Source: a virus (taxonomy: Duplodnaviria; Caudoviricetes). Taken from it: DNA of 60,247 nucleotides. Of this stretch, positions 25,932 to 34,030 are shown piece after piece; position 1 is the first letter of the stretch; each line of letters opens with the position of its first letter. The notes below the pieces were generated by a model that was not told the origin of the DNA, did no database searches, and was given only the letters and a program-made list of their open reading frames with translations. A program made the translations under genes and the position numbers. The stretch spans positions 1-60,247 of the IMG/VR virus record IMGVR_UViG_3300023118_000002; one strand, given 5' to 3'.

Positions 25932-27713
25932 CTACTCAAAGGCGGCCTTGTTAGCTTTATAAGCTACGTATGCATCCAGGAGGGCTGCCACGTTATCAAT
26001 TTTGGCTTCTTGACGCTTTTTGTAAAGCTTACGGTTACCATTGGTGTCTTCCATGGTTACAGCGTTACCCATAGCGAACATCATAAGTGCCTCATCAAAT
26101 ATAAGCATGCGAGTTTTAGACGTCAAAGTCTCTTCACTCAAATGCTTAAGTTCACCAAGAGGAACAGACTCGGTTCGAGCTCCCTGAATGACTTTCTCTA
26201 TGCCAAAGGGACCATTCATAGCTTCCCATCGCTTTACAAATTCGGCAGCATTGTAAGGGTCATACCCAAACGCACGCACGTCGTACTTGAAAGTTTCAAT
26301 GTGATGCTCGAGGTCATCGTAAACTTCCATCATGTCAAGGTTGATACCCTGCAAAACGTGAAGTGTACCTTCGTTCAAGAACTCTTCATACTTAGCTCGC
26401 ATAGCACCAGGAAGTTTGTCCATAGTGTTTTGCGAGATGTAGCTGCGAGTCTTGATTCCAAAGGAACCGTCGCTCATTGGGAAGAGGAATGTGAAAGCTG
26501 TAAAGTCATCACCTTGCGAAAGGTCCGCACCCATAGCGCACATCATACCGGCGAAACGCTGATCACGATGTGGAACTACAGGAATCGTCTCTTCATAAGT
26601 GAAGAAGTAAGTGAAGCCTTCCATTGGAATGCCAAAACGCTTGGCTAGGATGTCATTACGAACCGAAGGGTTAATCACGGCACGCTCAACATCCTGCGCA
26701 TACACTTCATAAGGTACTGTAATACCTAGGTTAGGATTAGCCTTAAGCCACATGCTTTCATCCGCTACTTCTTCGATAGAATCGAGTTTGTAGTGGAAGA
26801 TTGAAATGTGAGGAGCAGCTGGACCTTCGCCGCGAAGTATAGTAGCAAGTTCCATTTTGATTGTATCGCCAGCACCGTTTCGTACGGTACCTTCAGAGCT
26901 GATAGCGACAATCAGATAGTCATCCAGCTTTGACGCACCCTGCTCAATTGCGCCGATTACGTCTTCACGGACGTCGCCGGAAAGCCATTCGTCAACGGTA
27001 GAGATCTTAGGGCGTAGACCTTGCAGCTTGTTGATCGACATCGGTCGAATTTCAAGAAGTGAGTCGGTTACGAAGTTCTGGATTCCCTTTTTAGTGGAGG
27101 CCAAGTGCTGACGAGCGGCGCGGTTGCCTGTCGTGTTCTGCAATGACCCGAGAGTCAAGAACTTAAACAGTGGACCTTGTGCTCGAGTGATTGCCGTTCT
27201 AAACGGAGACATCACTTCTTCGGCTTGTTTCATCGTAGGCGCAGTTGTGATCTGATGAGTTGTTGAAGTATCGATGTTAAGGAAGTAAGCTTGAATGAAG
27301 TAAGCATACATCGACTTAGCAGCGCCTCGAGCAACAATCAGATACTGCTTAACGGTCAAACGCTTCTTGATCAGTTTTGTTTCGTGATGTCCGCCGTGAT
27401 TGTCCTTTGATGGAACGTACACGGTTCTTTCAACGAAGTAAAACCAAGCAAGAAGCTGTTCTGCCCAAAGCTTAAACGATTCAAGCATGTGAAGCTTGTT
27501 ACCGTCAGTAAGCGTAAGTTCGGTTTCACAATACGAAATAAAACCATCAATGGCTCTGTCATCGTAATAATAGAAAGGGTTGGCGATGAGCTCTTCAATG
27601 CGGTTCATCTCCATAGCAATTTCCTTGTTTACAGGAATATCGCCGCGGAGGACTGCATCGCGGAAAGCTGCAAAATACTTTGGTGTAGCTGTGTTTGATA
27701 GGGCCATCGCCAA
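25932..27713 (-). CDS. terL: terminase large subunit
   Basis: Walker A ARGAAKS, Walker B STVDE, nuclease GADLSQGDD and KIDNVAA. Confidence 0.95.
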   Translation of the reverse strand: MAMALSNTATPKYFAAFRDAVLRGDIPVNKEIAMEMNRIEELIANPFYYYDDRAIDGFISYCETELTLTDGNKLHMLESFKLWAEQLLAWFYFVERTVYVPSKDNHGGHHETKLIKKRLTVKQYLIVARGAAKSMYAYFIQAYFLNIDTSTTHQITTAPTMKQAEEVMSPFRTAITRAQGPLFKFLTLGSLQNTTGNRAARQHLASTKKGIQNFVTDSLLEIRPMSINKLQGLRPKISTVDEWLSGDVREDVIGAIEQGASKLDDYLIVAISSEGTVRNGAGDTIKMELATILRGEGPAAPHISIFHYKLDSIEEVADESMWLKANPNLGITVPYEVYAQDVERAVINPSVRNDILAKRFGIPMEGFTYFFTYEETIPVVPHRDQRFAGMMCAMGADLSQGDDFTAFTFLFPMSDGSFGIKTRSYISQNTMDKLPGAMRAKYEEFLNEGTLHVLQGINLDMMEVYDDLEHHIETFKYDVRAFGYDPYNAAEFVKRWEAMNGPFGIEKVIQGARTESVPLGELKHLSEETLTSKTRMLIFDEALMMFAMGNAVTMEDTNGNRKLYKKRQEAKIDNVAALLDAYVAYKANKAAFE

Positions 27714-27721
27714 CCTCCTTT

Positions 27722-28141
27722 CTAAAGGTTCTTCATGATTACCATTGCCGCTTTCACACCATACTTGTTGAGGATGGTGGCGCCCCTAGCTACGGCTTTT
27801 TGGCCGACAGGGGTCCGCAAAAGAGCTGCGGCCGCCGTAACAGTAGTTCCAACACCGATAAGAACTTTAACCGCATCATTGCCTTTTTTGATTTTGGCAA
27901 TAGCGGTCTTGTCAGTCTTCAGCTTGGAATATTGCTGTTCAAGCTGCAAACGCTCATTAAGTTTTCTAAGATCTGCGTTCGAAAGGTTGCGAGAGCCCTG
28001 TCGATTGAGCTCACGTGCCTGTGCGTGATCCGGGTGCGGGGGAGCTTTAATTTTTTTGCTTCGTGAGATATCATCCTTACGACGACCCCAGTGCATTCCT
28101 AGAACACCGTAGTGCGAAAGAGTCTTTCCAAATGTCGGCAT
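27722..28141 (-). CDS. basic protein with LSHYGVLGMHWG leader; putative internal virion protein
   Basis: Leader shared with the GNAT protein; LSNADLRKLNERLQLEQQY helix. Confidence 0.7.
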   Translation of the reverse strand: MPTFGKTLSHYGVLGMHWGRRKDDISRSKKIKAPPHPDHAQARELNRQGSRNLSNADLRKLNERLQLEQQYSKLKTDKTAIAKIKKGNDAVKVLIGVGTTVTAAAALLRTPVGQKAVARGATILNKYGVKAAMVIMKNL

Positions 28142-28153
28142 GTCGCCTCCTTT

Positions 28154-28723
28154 CTATGCTGCGATCATTAGGTCTACGCCGTACCATGCAGAACTAGTTC
28201 CTGTATCTGAACCACCGCTAAGTGCCGGTGCTCCATAGTTGTATCTAGAACCAGGCACAGCACTTTGAAGTGGGGCTACCGTTTTGGCTGCGGCTAGAAC
28301 TCCAGAAACTGCGGGGTAACTTACATTGAACAGCGGTTCTCCAGCAGCAGGTCTGATAAATATGGCGGCGCTAACTGTTGCGGCATTAACCATGTTATAT
28401 GGAGTCGCAAATGGCAATTCGTTATACCCGGCAACTGCATTAGTGTCAATTCCCTGAGCCAAGACACTCGACCCGGTTGAACCTGCAAATAAGAACGAGG
28501 TTAATAGTTGACCAACACCTTCGGTAGGCATCCAAAATCTAATACCTGTTGCTACTACGCCAGATGCCGTAGCTGACAACGTGACCGCCAGCACTAGACC
28601 ACCTGATTGATTAGCATCAGTATTGGTACCTGAAGGAGTCAATCCTGCATTTGACGGAAAATATGCTGTACCAGATGATCTACGTTTTGCGTAAAGACCT
28701 CGAGCTCGGAGTAAACTACTCAT
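28154..28723 (-). CDS. beta-rich fibre/decoration protein (DUF4082-like)
   Basis: GVVATGIRFW, GYNELPFATP, WYGVD pattern. Confidence 0.55.
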   Translation of the reverse strand: MSSLLRARGLYAKRRSSGTAYFPSNAGLTPSGTNTDANQSGGLVLAVTLSATASGVVATGIRFWMPTEGVGQLLTSFLFAGSTGSSVLAQGIDTNAVAGYNELPFATPYNMVNAATVSAAIFIRPAAGEPLFNVSYPAVSGVLAAAKTVAPLQSAVPGSRYNYGAPALSGGSDTGTSSAWYGVDLMIAA

Positions 28724-29100
28724 GCAAGATCTCCAACAACCAACCAAGTATTAGTGGCCTGCTTGCGAATGGACGCACCAGAATACTGTGCTCGAGTCTT
28801 AAGAAGTGAACCTGCGCTTCGAAGAGTTGTACCCGTGCCTGCGGCAATAGTAACTTGACCAGCACCCATTTGATCGATCTCGATAATAGTCCCAATTGGG
28901 AAAGCTACAGATGAGTTTTGGGGAACTGTAACAGTGATTGCAGAAGCATTAGTACATTCAACAGCTTTGCTTGCATCGGCTAGGACCAAAGTATAAGTGG
29001 TTCCGGTCTGAGCGTTTACCGAAATATACCTTGGTCCTTTACCGTTGATAGCAGTTGCCACTGCAGCAAAACCTAGTGCGATCTGACTTGCTAGTGACAT
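28720..29100 (-). CDS. fibre/decoration protein
   Basis: TGTTYTLVLADA..AITVTVP..FPIGT..W.VVGDL domain. Confidence 0.65.
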   Translation of the reverse strand: MSLASQIALGFAAVATAINGKGPRYISVNAQTGTTYTLVLADASKAVECTNASAITVTVPQNSSVAFPIGTIIEIDQMGAGQVTIAAGTGTTLRSAGSLLKTRAQYSGASIRKQATNTWLVVGDLA

Positions 29101-29112
29101 TAGCTATCCTCC

Positions 29113-29766
29113 TTAAACGAGTGCAGCGACGAAGCCGGCCGCAAAGTCGGTTGTAGTATCTCCAACGAGCGATGCATCTTGAGCTCCAGAGACATCGGCA
29201 ACAACTAGTGTAACGTTACCGGTCTTGCCTGCTACGGCAGTAACAGATCCAGCGGCAGTGATCTGCTTCCAGTCGGCCAACGTCGTAGGCGAGTCGCTAG
29301 ACAGAACATACGTGAATCCGTTGTCTGCCCTAATCGCCATGTCACCACGCTGAGCCGTAAGCGCAAGCATCGCTGCCTGGTTAGTGGGCGTAAACGTTTC
29401 GTTGATAGCAAGAGGAGGAAGAGCTGAGGTTGGAAGTAGACCTGAGAAATCAGACCATACCAAAGTTACGTCGGCGGAAAGAGCTTTACCATTGATTTGG
29501 CGAGTAGTCGGAACTTTGGTACCGACAATAGACTCGACCTTGGTGGAAGAATATACGGTCGACGAGGATGCTGCTGCGTCATTGATAACCGCGCCTGCAC
29601 CAGAAACACTAGCCTTGACTTCATTGATCGCAGAAACCAAATTAGACTTGGCCGTAGTAGTAAGGGTCGAAAGATCACCCTGTTTGGTAGCCATCTCGCT
29701 TCGAACCGTTTTAAACTCGGTGCCGATACGAACGAAAGCTAGCTGTAGCTGTGACACAAGTGACAT
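29113..29766 (-). CDS. fibre/decoration protein
   Basis: LTTTAKSNLVSAINE, RQINGKALSADVTL, VTAVAGKTGNVTL fibre motifs. Confidence 0.7.
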   Translation of the reverse strand: MSLVSQLQLAFVRIGTEFKTVRSEMATKQGDLSTLTTTAKSNLVSAINEVKASVSGAGAVINDAAASSSTVYSSTKVESIVGTKVPTTRQINGKALSADVTLVWSDFSGLLPTSALPPLAINETFTPTNQAAMLALTAQRGDMAIRADNGFTYVLSSDSPTTLADWKQITAAGSVTAVAGKTGNVTLVVADVSGAQDASLVGDTTTDFAAGFVAALV

Positions 29767-29924
29767 TACGCTAGTCCATTCTCTAGATAGGTTTCGAGCC
29801 CAATTGGGTCATCGTAAGCGGGGTGGGGCGTTGGATCATCAATATGCGCAAGAAGGGCCGCATTAGCACCCTCTCCATTTTGATCCGGGCCTAGTTCATC
29901 GAGAAAACCAATGAGTTCTTTCAT
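29766..29924 (-). CDS. 52 aa protein (MKELIGFLDELGPDQNGEGANAALLAHIDDPTPHPAY...)
   Basis: Hand translation; ATGA and TAATG overlaps with both neighbours. Confidence 0.65.
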   Translation of the reverse strand: MKELIGFLDELGPDQNGEGANAALLAHIDDPTPHPAYDDPIGLETYLENGLA

Positions 29925-30427
29925 GATGCTTTCCTGTAGATTCGTCCAGACACGAAATCGATACCAACCGCGTCAACCGGAGCATTCGAAGGAAAGTCTT
30001 CAAGACCGGTAAGATCCCAGATCGAAGGCTTACCTTGAACAGGACCCGGAACTGTGGGTACATTGGTTCCTGGAATGTTTGGTACTGACGAAGCAGCAAC
30101 GACAAGCCGCCATTCGGATTCTTTGATCTGACGCTCAAGAGCATCGGTCGCAAACCCAGTCGTGGGCGGGTCAAACATAAGCTTAACTCGCATGAAGATG
30201 TAGGACTTGACCATGTTGATGTTCTTCTGGACACCGATCAATTCATCCCACGTAGTATCTTTGGAAGTGACAATAAGTTGATCATCATCAGGTCCAATAC
30301 CCAGCTGGGTAAGAGTCGATAGAACAGAGTTGATGTGAATGAACACATCGAGATCGAAGGCCGTTTCCTCCTCAGGAATTCCAAGCATCTTCTTGGTGCT
30401 GGTCAGGATACTATCAATGTCAGCCAT
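29921..30427 (-). CDS. head-to-tail adaptor (gp6/gp15-like)
   Basis: SILTSTKKMLGI, LTQLGIG, VKLMFDPP, ESEWRL motifs. Confidence 0.75.
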   Translation of the reverse strand: MADIDSILTSTKKMLGIPEEETAFDLDVFIHINSVLSTLTQLGIGPDDDQLIVTSKDTTWDELIGVQKNINMVKSYIFMRVKLMFDPPTTGFATDALERQIKESEWRLVVAASSVPNIPGTNVPTVPGPVQGKPSIWDLTGLEDFPSNAPVDAVGIDFVSGRIYRKAS

Positions 30428-30452
30428 CGCGGCCTCCTTTCAAAAGTTTAGT

Positions 30453-30485
30453 GCGGGCCCCAAGACTAGACCTCGAGGGGCCCGC
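30453..30485 (-). terminator. GC-rich hairpin after the micro-ORF
   Basis: GCGGGCCCC...GGGGCCCGC inverted repeat; T-tail weak. Confidence 0.55.
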
Positions 30486-30493
30486 GTGCCAGA

Positions 30494-30571
30494 TTACTGG
30501 CAGGAGTCACACTGAAGGTCATCCATAGGATCTACGGGAACAGCGTAACCAGCAACGGAATCATTGTCCAT
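30494..30571 (-). CDS. 25 aa peptide MDNDSVAGYAVPVDPMDDLQCDSCQ
   Basis: Hand translation; AAAAGGAG RBS; hairpin directly after the stop. Confidence 0.7.
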   Translation of the reverse strand: MDNDSVAGYAVPVDPMDDLQCDSCQ

Positions 30572-30588
30572 TGGGTATTTCTCCTTTT

Positions 30589-31005
30589 CTACCACAGGCT
30601 TGTGTCGCCCGGGCGTCTTTCTACCATAGGTTGAGGAAGCATTGATGCGTCACCATAGTGAATAGCATTGTGGGTATTATGAGTTACGGTGATAAGATAC
30701 TCGGGGTCCAAAATATCCGGATCACCATCATCGAGATCTTCTAGTCGCATAGGGTTCATGTGATGAATGATAACCTTATCAAATATCTGATAACCGTCTA
30801 TACCTAGATCACAACCATCATCACGCACGATCACAATATCACGAACGCGCTTCCACTCGACCGAACGGTAGAACTGTTGATTGATCCATCTGTCAAAACC
30901 GAAAGTGGACTCACCAACGGTAGCTCGAAGTTGTAAGTAATCGTATCGTTCTTCAAAAGTCTGAAACTGTGACATTTCAGAATATGATCTGACCCGGTTA
31001 CTCAA
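30589..31005 (-). CDS. HNH endonuclease, packaging-associated
   Basis: FYRSVEWKRVR..RDDGC..IHHMNP..HNTHNAIH. Confidence 0.85.
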   Translation of the reverse strand: MSNRVRSYSEMSQFQTFEERYDYLQLRATVGESTFGFDRWINQQFYRSVEWKRVRDIVIVRDDGCDLGIDGYQIFDKVIIHHMNPMRLEDLDDGDPDILDPEYLITVTHNTHNAIHYGDASMLPQPMVERRPGDTSLW

Positions 31006-31330
31006 TGGTATTATCCGAAGAAGGCTGGTAACCCTTGAAGGCGTTCATAGCCTCCTCGAACAATTCTTCGACCCTACCTGCTGAAGCCAAACTTTCAACT
31101 CGTGCCTGGGCTAGAAGAGTTTCTTGCTCGAGCTTTAGTCGCTCAAGTCTCTCTTTCTCAGTAGCAAGCTTTAGGAAGTGAACCGTCTCTTGCGATGACG
31201 CTGTTCCCGAAAGAAGCTTTCTTTCAACTACGTCCATTGCCAAAGCAATCAATTGATTCTCTCGGCCTTGCGGGGTAGTTGCCGGCGGTCTTTTGCTCGC
31301 CGGGTTGTCGTCTTTTCGAGACGTCACCAT
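30998..31330 (-). CDS. putative terminase small subunit
   Basis: 110 aa helical protein upstream of HNH near the genome end; assignment mainly by synteny. Confidence 0.5.
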   Translation of the reverse strand: MVTSRKDDNPASKRPPATTPQGRENQLIALAMDVVERKLLSGTASSQETVHFLKLATEKERLERLKLEQETLLAQARVESLASAGRVEELFEEAMNAFKGYQPSSDNTIE

Positions 31331-31367
31331 GGGTTCATCACCTCCCTAGTTCGGACATGTTCTCCAA

Positions 31368-31838
31368 TCAAACAGAAGTGTTCTTTGGAATTGGTTTAGT
31401 TCTGAGACGTCGAATTTCTGTAACTGGTTTAGTAGAATCGAACTCGGCTTGTTCTTCAGGTGTCAGCGTAATGTTACTGCGATTGACTACCTGTCGGAAA
31501 AGATTACGGAGAGTAGTGATCTGCCAAATCTGATCGTTCTTAGTGTTCTCGAGATCGGTAACTCTAGTCCCCAGCTCAGTGTTCAACGATTCAGCTTTCT
31601 CTACCGCGGCATTAGCCCGGTCAAGGAGATCCTGATACGTTTTAATCTGACTATCCGTTCCTGAGAGCATTACAGTTGTCTCATCGAGATTAAGCTTTTT
31701 GTTGGCGTTGTTCTTATTAAGTAGAAACCCAAGAGTTACAGGTACTGCTGCGGCAATGAGTGCTAGTGTAACCGCGACACCTACCGTGCTCCAGTTTACG
31801 CTAACATCCGGAATTGCTGCTTCAAATGGTAATATCAT
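31368..31838 (-). CDS. membrane-anchored coiled-coil protein (lysis cassette)
   Basis: N-terminal TM helix then coiled coil. Confidence 0.6.
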   Translation of the reverse strand: MILPFEAAIPDVSVNWSTVGVAVTLALIAAAVPVTLGFLLNKNNANKKLNLDETTVMLSGTDSQIKTYQDLLDRANAAVEKAESLNTELGTRVTDLENTKNDQIWQITTLRNLFRQVVNRSNITLTPEEQAEFDSTKPVTEIRRLRTKPIPKNTSV

Positions 31839-32296
31839 TTGCTAACTTCTCCTGCCTGCTTTATAAGCGTCAGGTAGATGAAGATAACACGTGAAATTGG
31901 TATTACCAAGAATGATGAATTGAGAACGAAAGAAACGCCTCGAGCAACATCACCTTGGAAAAAAGCAAGCGCAATAAAAACTTCATAGACCAGAACTAGT
32001 GTTACTAAAGAAGCAGCACTATACATCTCAAGTCTAGCAAACTTCGGAAAGAACGTGGCTCCGAGTAAAGCGCAAAAAGCAGTTGGTAAAACTAAAGTCG
32101 AAAATGCAATTTGGAAAAAATCGCCCTGCGCCTCAACCAAGGTGGGGATAGATCCAAAAATTGAAGCAATGCCCCAAAGAAAATAGATCAGGTAAAGTGT
32201 GGCGGCTGATCTATGGTAAAGTACAGCGAGAACTTTGTCAGGTCCCCAATCATCACCGATGCGATGAAACACAGTTCGGTCTATAAATTTGCGCAT
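31835..32296 (-). CDS. four-TM membrane protein, holin candidate
   Basis: Four hydrophobic segments; downstream of endolysin. Confidence 0.6.
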   Translation of the reverse strand: MRKFIDRTVFHRIGDDWGPDKVLAVLYHRSAATLYLIYFLWGIASIFGSIPTLVEAQGDFFQIAFSTLVLPTAFCALLGATFFPKFARLEMYSAASLVTLVLVYEVFIALAFFQGDVARGVSFVLNSSFLVIPISRVIFIYLTLIKQAGEVSK

Positions 32297-32349
32297 GGAA
32301 ACCCCCTAAGCTTTACGCATGGCTTTTGAAAGAATGTAGTTAGTTTTAA

Positions 32350-32532
32350 CAGGCTTTGAAGGGAACACCAAGACTTTCACACAGTTTTTTCGGACCCGAC
32401 CGATACACCATGCGCTTGAAAGGAGGGGGTCGGAGAAGGCTGATGAAGGCCTAAGTAACCCACTTTGTGTCTTGATGTTCCCGTCAAAGCCTGCAGTGGG
32501 ATCGCTATCCATTTTGAGTAGCGATCCCACTG
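32350..32532 (-). ncRNA. putative structured RNA displaying CCUCCUUUCAAG
   Basis: 14 bp hairpin 32494-32532; long stem 32469-32493 with 32350-32374; inner stem 32428-32433 with 32396-32401 enclosing the motif at 32415-32426. Confidence 0.6.
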
Positions 32533-32539
32533 AGCTTAC

Positions 32540-33346
32540 TTACTTTAGAACTCGGTTGTTCTCGGCGTTAGCACGTTCTGCTGCGGCCTTCATGTTTGGA
32601 CCCCAAAGATCATCGCGGTCTTTGTAGCCCCACTTGGAACGAAGCCAGTTCGCAACCGAACCACGGTAGTTGACGTTAAGGAAAGTCTGCAGACCCTTAC
32701 GAGTCTTAGGGCCAGGCTTGTTGTCAACTGCAGTAGCACCACCATTGCGACGAGCAATTTTCTGGAAGCCCTCAATGTTAGAGAGCGACATCAGATCTTC
32801 TACGGTTGCTGTGTGGTAGCTCGGCGCAGGAGCGGAAGGCGCAGTTGGCGCACTTGGCGTTGCCGGCGGTGCATCCACAAGCGAACCTCGATTGGTCTTG
32901 TGCCAGGGCTCTCCGAAGTTGTAGCCTTCGTTTTCGAAGTTGAACTGTCCGGCATGATCGCGCATCCAGTTGTCTCGAGCGGTTCCACGGGTCATCACTC
33001 CCTTGTCAGCTCCGGTGTCCCGGATGTCGATTGAACGCGGACCGTTAGGACCATCGTCTTCGTGGTTGGAAGTACCAGGTGCGGCGACCGTACCAGCTGC
33101 AGAGATACGATACCAAAGCTGACCGTTCCAGCTTCGTGTGTCGTAGACCTTGCGTCCCTTGATACCACCAGAAGTTACGTAGCGCTGACGGAAAATGCTT
33201 TCCTGCTCAGCACGAGTACGAGTACCACTTGAGATGATCAAGCTCTGACCGGTGGCTGCATGGAATGCTTCGTTCATACGATCGAAGTCGGCAGCAACAT
33301 GTATCTCTACACGCTGGCCGTTACGGGTGGTGTACGAATATGTCAT
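32540..33346 (-). CDS. endolysin, M15-family Zn peptidase plus C-terminal cell-wall-binding region
   Basis: SGTRTRAEQ, PGTSNH, SIDI, EPWH motifs; Pro/Ala linker. Confidence 0.85.
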   Translation of the reverse strand: MTYSYTTRNGQRVEIHVAADFDRMNEAFHAATGQSLIISSGTRTRAEQESIFRQRYVTSGGIKGRKVYDTRSWNGQLWYRISAAGTVAAPGTSNHEDDGPNGPRSIDIRDTGADKGVMTRGTARDNWMRDHAGQFNFENEGYNFGEPWHKTNRGSLVDAPPATPSAPTAPSAPAPSYHTATVEDLMSLSNIEGFQKIARRNGGATAVDNKPGPKTRKGLQTFLNVNYRGSVANWLRSKWGYKDRDDLWGPNMKAAAERANAENNRVLK

Positions 33347-33594
33347 TCGGTTGCCTCTGCTCCCTTGTCGTCGTCAGGTGCGTTTGCAACTGAAACGGTG
33401 TCGGCGTGTTCTACTCCGGGGACAAGAATAAGTTCACCCTTGTCATCGAGACCGAAGGCGTCGGTAATACCATCACCGTTCAGATCCTGATCGAGTGGGA
33501 GGAGAGGATTCTCGTTCCCGTCTTTCTTCCACTGAAGAAGTGCGGCCTTGATAGCTGCTTTGTCTTCGTCAGGCAGTGCTGAAATGTCGGACAT
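33343..33594 (-). CDS. small acidic protein, first gene after the predicted cos
   Basis: AAGGAGAAAACTGATG start; DLNGDG Ca-binding-like loop. Confidence 0.65.
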   Translation of the reverse strand: MSDISALPDEDKAAIKAALLQWKKDGNENPLLPLDQDLNGDGITDAFGLDDKGELILVPGVEHADTVSVANAPDDDKGAEATE

Positions 33595-33679
33595 CAGTTT
33601 TCTCCTTACTTTGCGTGGTATAGACCCCTGGAGTTTCCAAAGACATACCACAGAATTTCCCCCCGGGGATTTTTTGAGG

Positions 33680-33688
33680 ACAGCGGCG
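33680..33688 (-). other. predicted cos site, 9 nt 3' overhang CGCCGCTGT
   Basis: Non-coding gap between polymerase and lysis/packaging modules; resembles CGCCGxxxT overhangs I recall for related phages. Confidence 0.6.
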
Positions 33689-33745
33689 ATGCAGAGAGGG
33701 GGCCCGAAATTTTAGACCCCCCCTCCCCTACACCTTATAAACTCC

Positions 33746-34006
33746 CTAGTAGTCTGAAGGCGTAACTTTTTTGTAAATCCCGAAAGGATTTTCTTTTATA
33801 AGTTCGTTAATACCTTCTAGAATTGCTGATTCCTGATCAGCATCAGAGAGATCATTACTTGTGATCACATACCTAGCCAGTAGGCCCGTCGAGTAGTAGC
33901 CCAGGTATTCATCATGGGCCAGCCATTCACTGTACTGCGTGAAAGGGTTCCATGGGTTGTCGGTTGTCGTGATCATCACTGCATGATTGTCAGTTACATT
34001 AGTCAT
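33746..34006 (-). CDS. conserved hypothetical protein
   Basis: MITTTDNPWNPFTQY..W block; AAGGA RBS. Confidence 0.7.
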   Translation of the reverse strand: MTNVTDNHAVMITTTDNPWNPFTQYSEWLAHDEYLGYYSTGLLARYVITSNDLSDADQESAILEGINELIKENPFGIYKKVTPSDY

Positions 34007-34030
34007 TACTTGCGCTTCACCATCCTTTCA

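Noticed and set aside
32306-32530. 74 aa ORF between endolysin and holin candidate
   Set aside because: No good RBS, no protein-like features, and the region is dominated by long inverted repeats better explained as RNA structure
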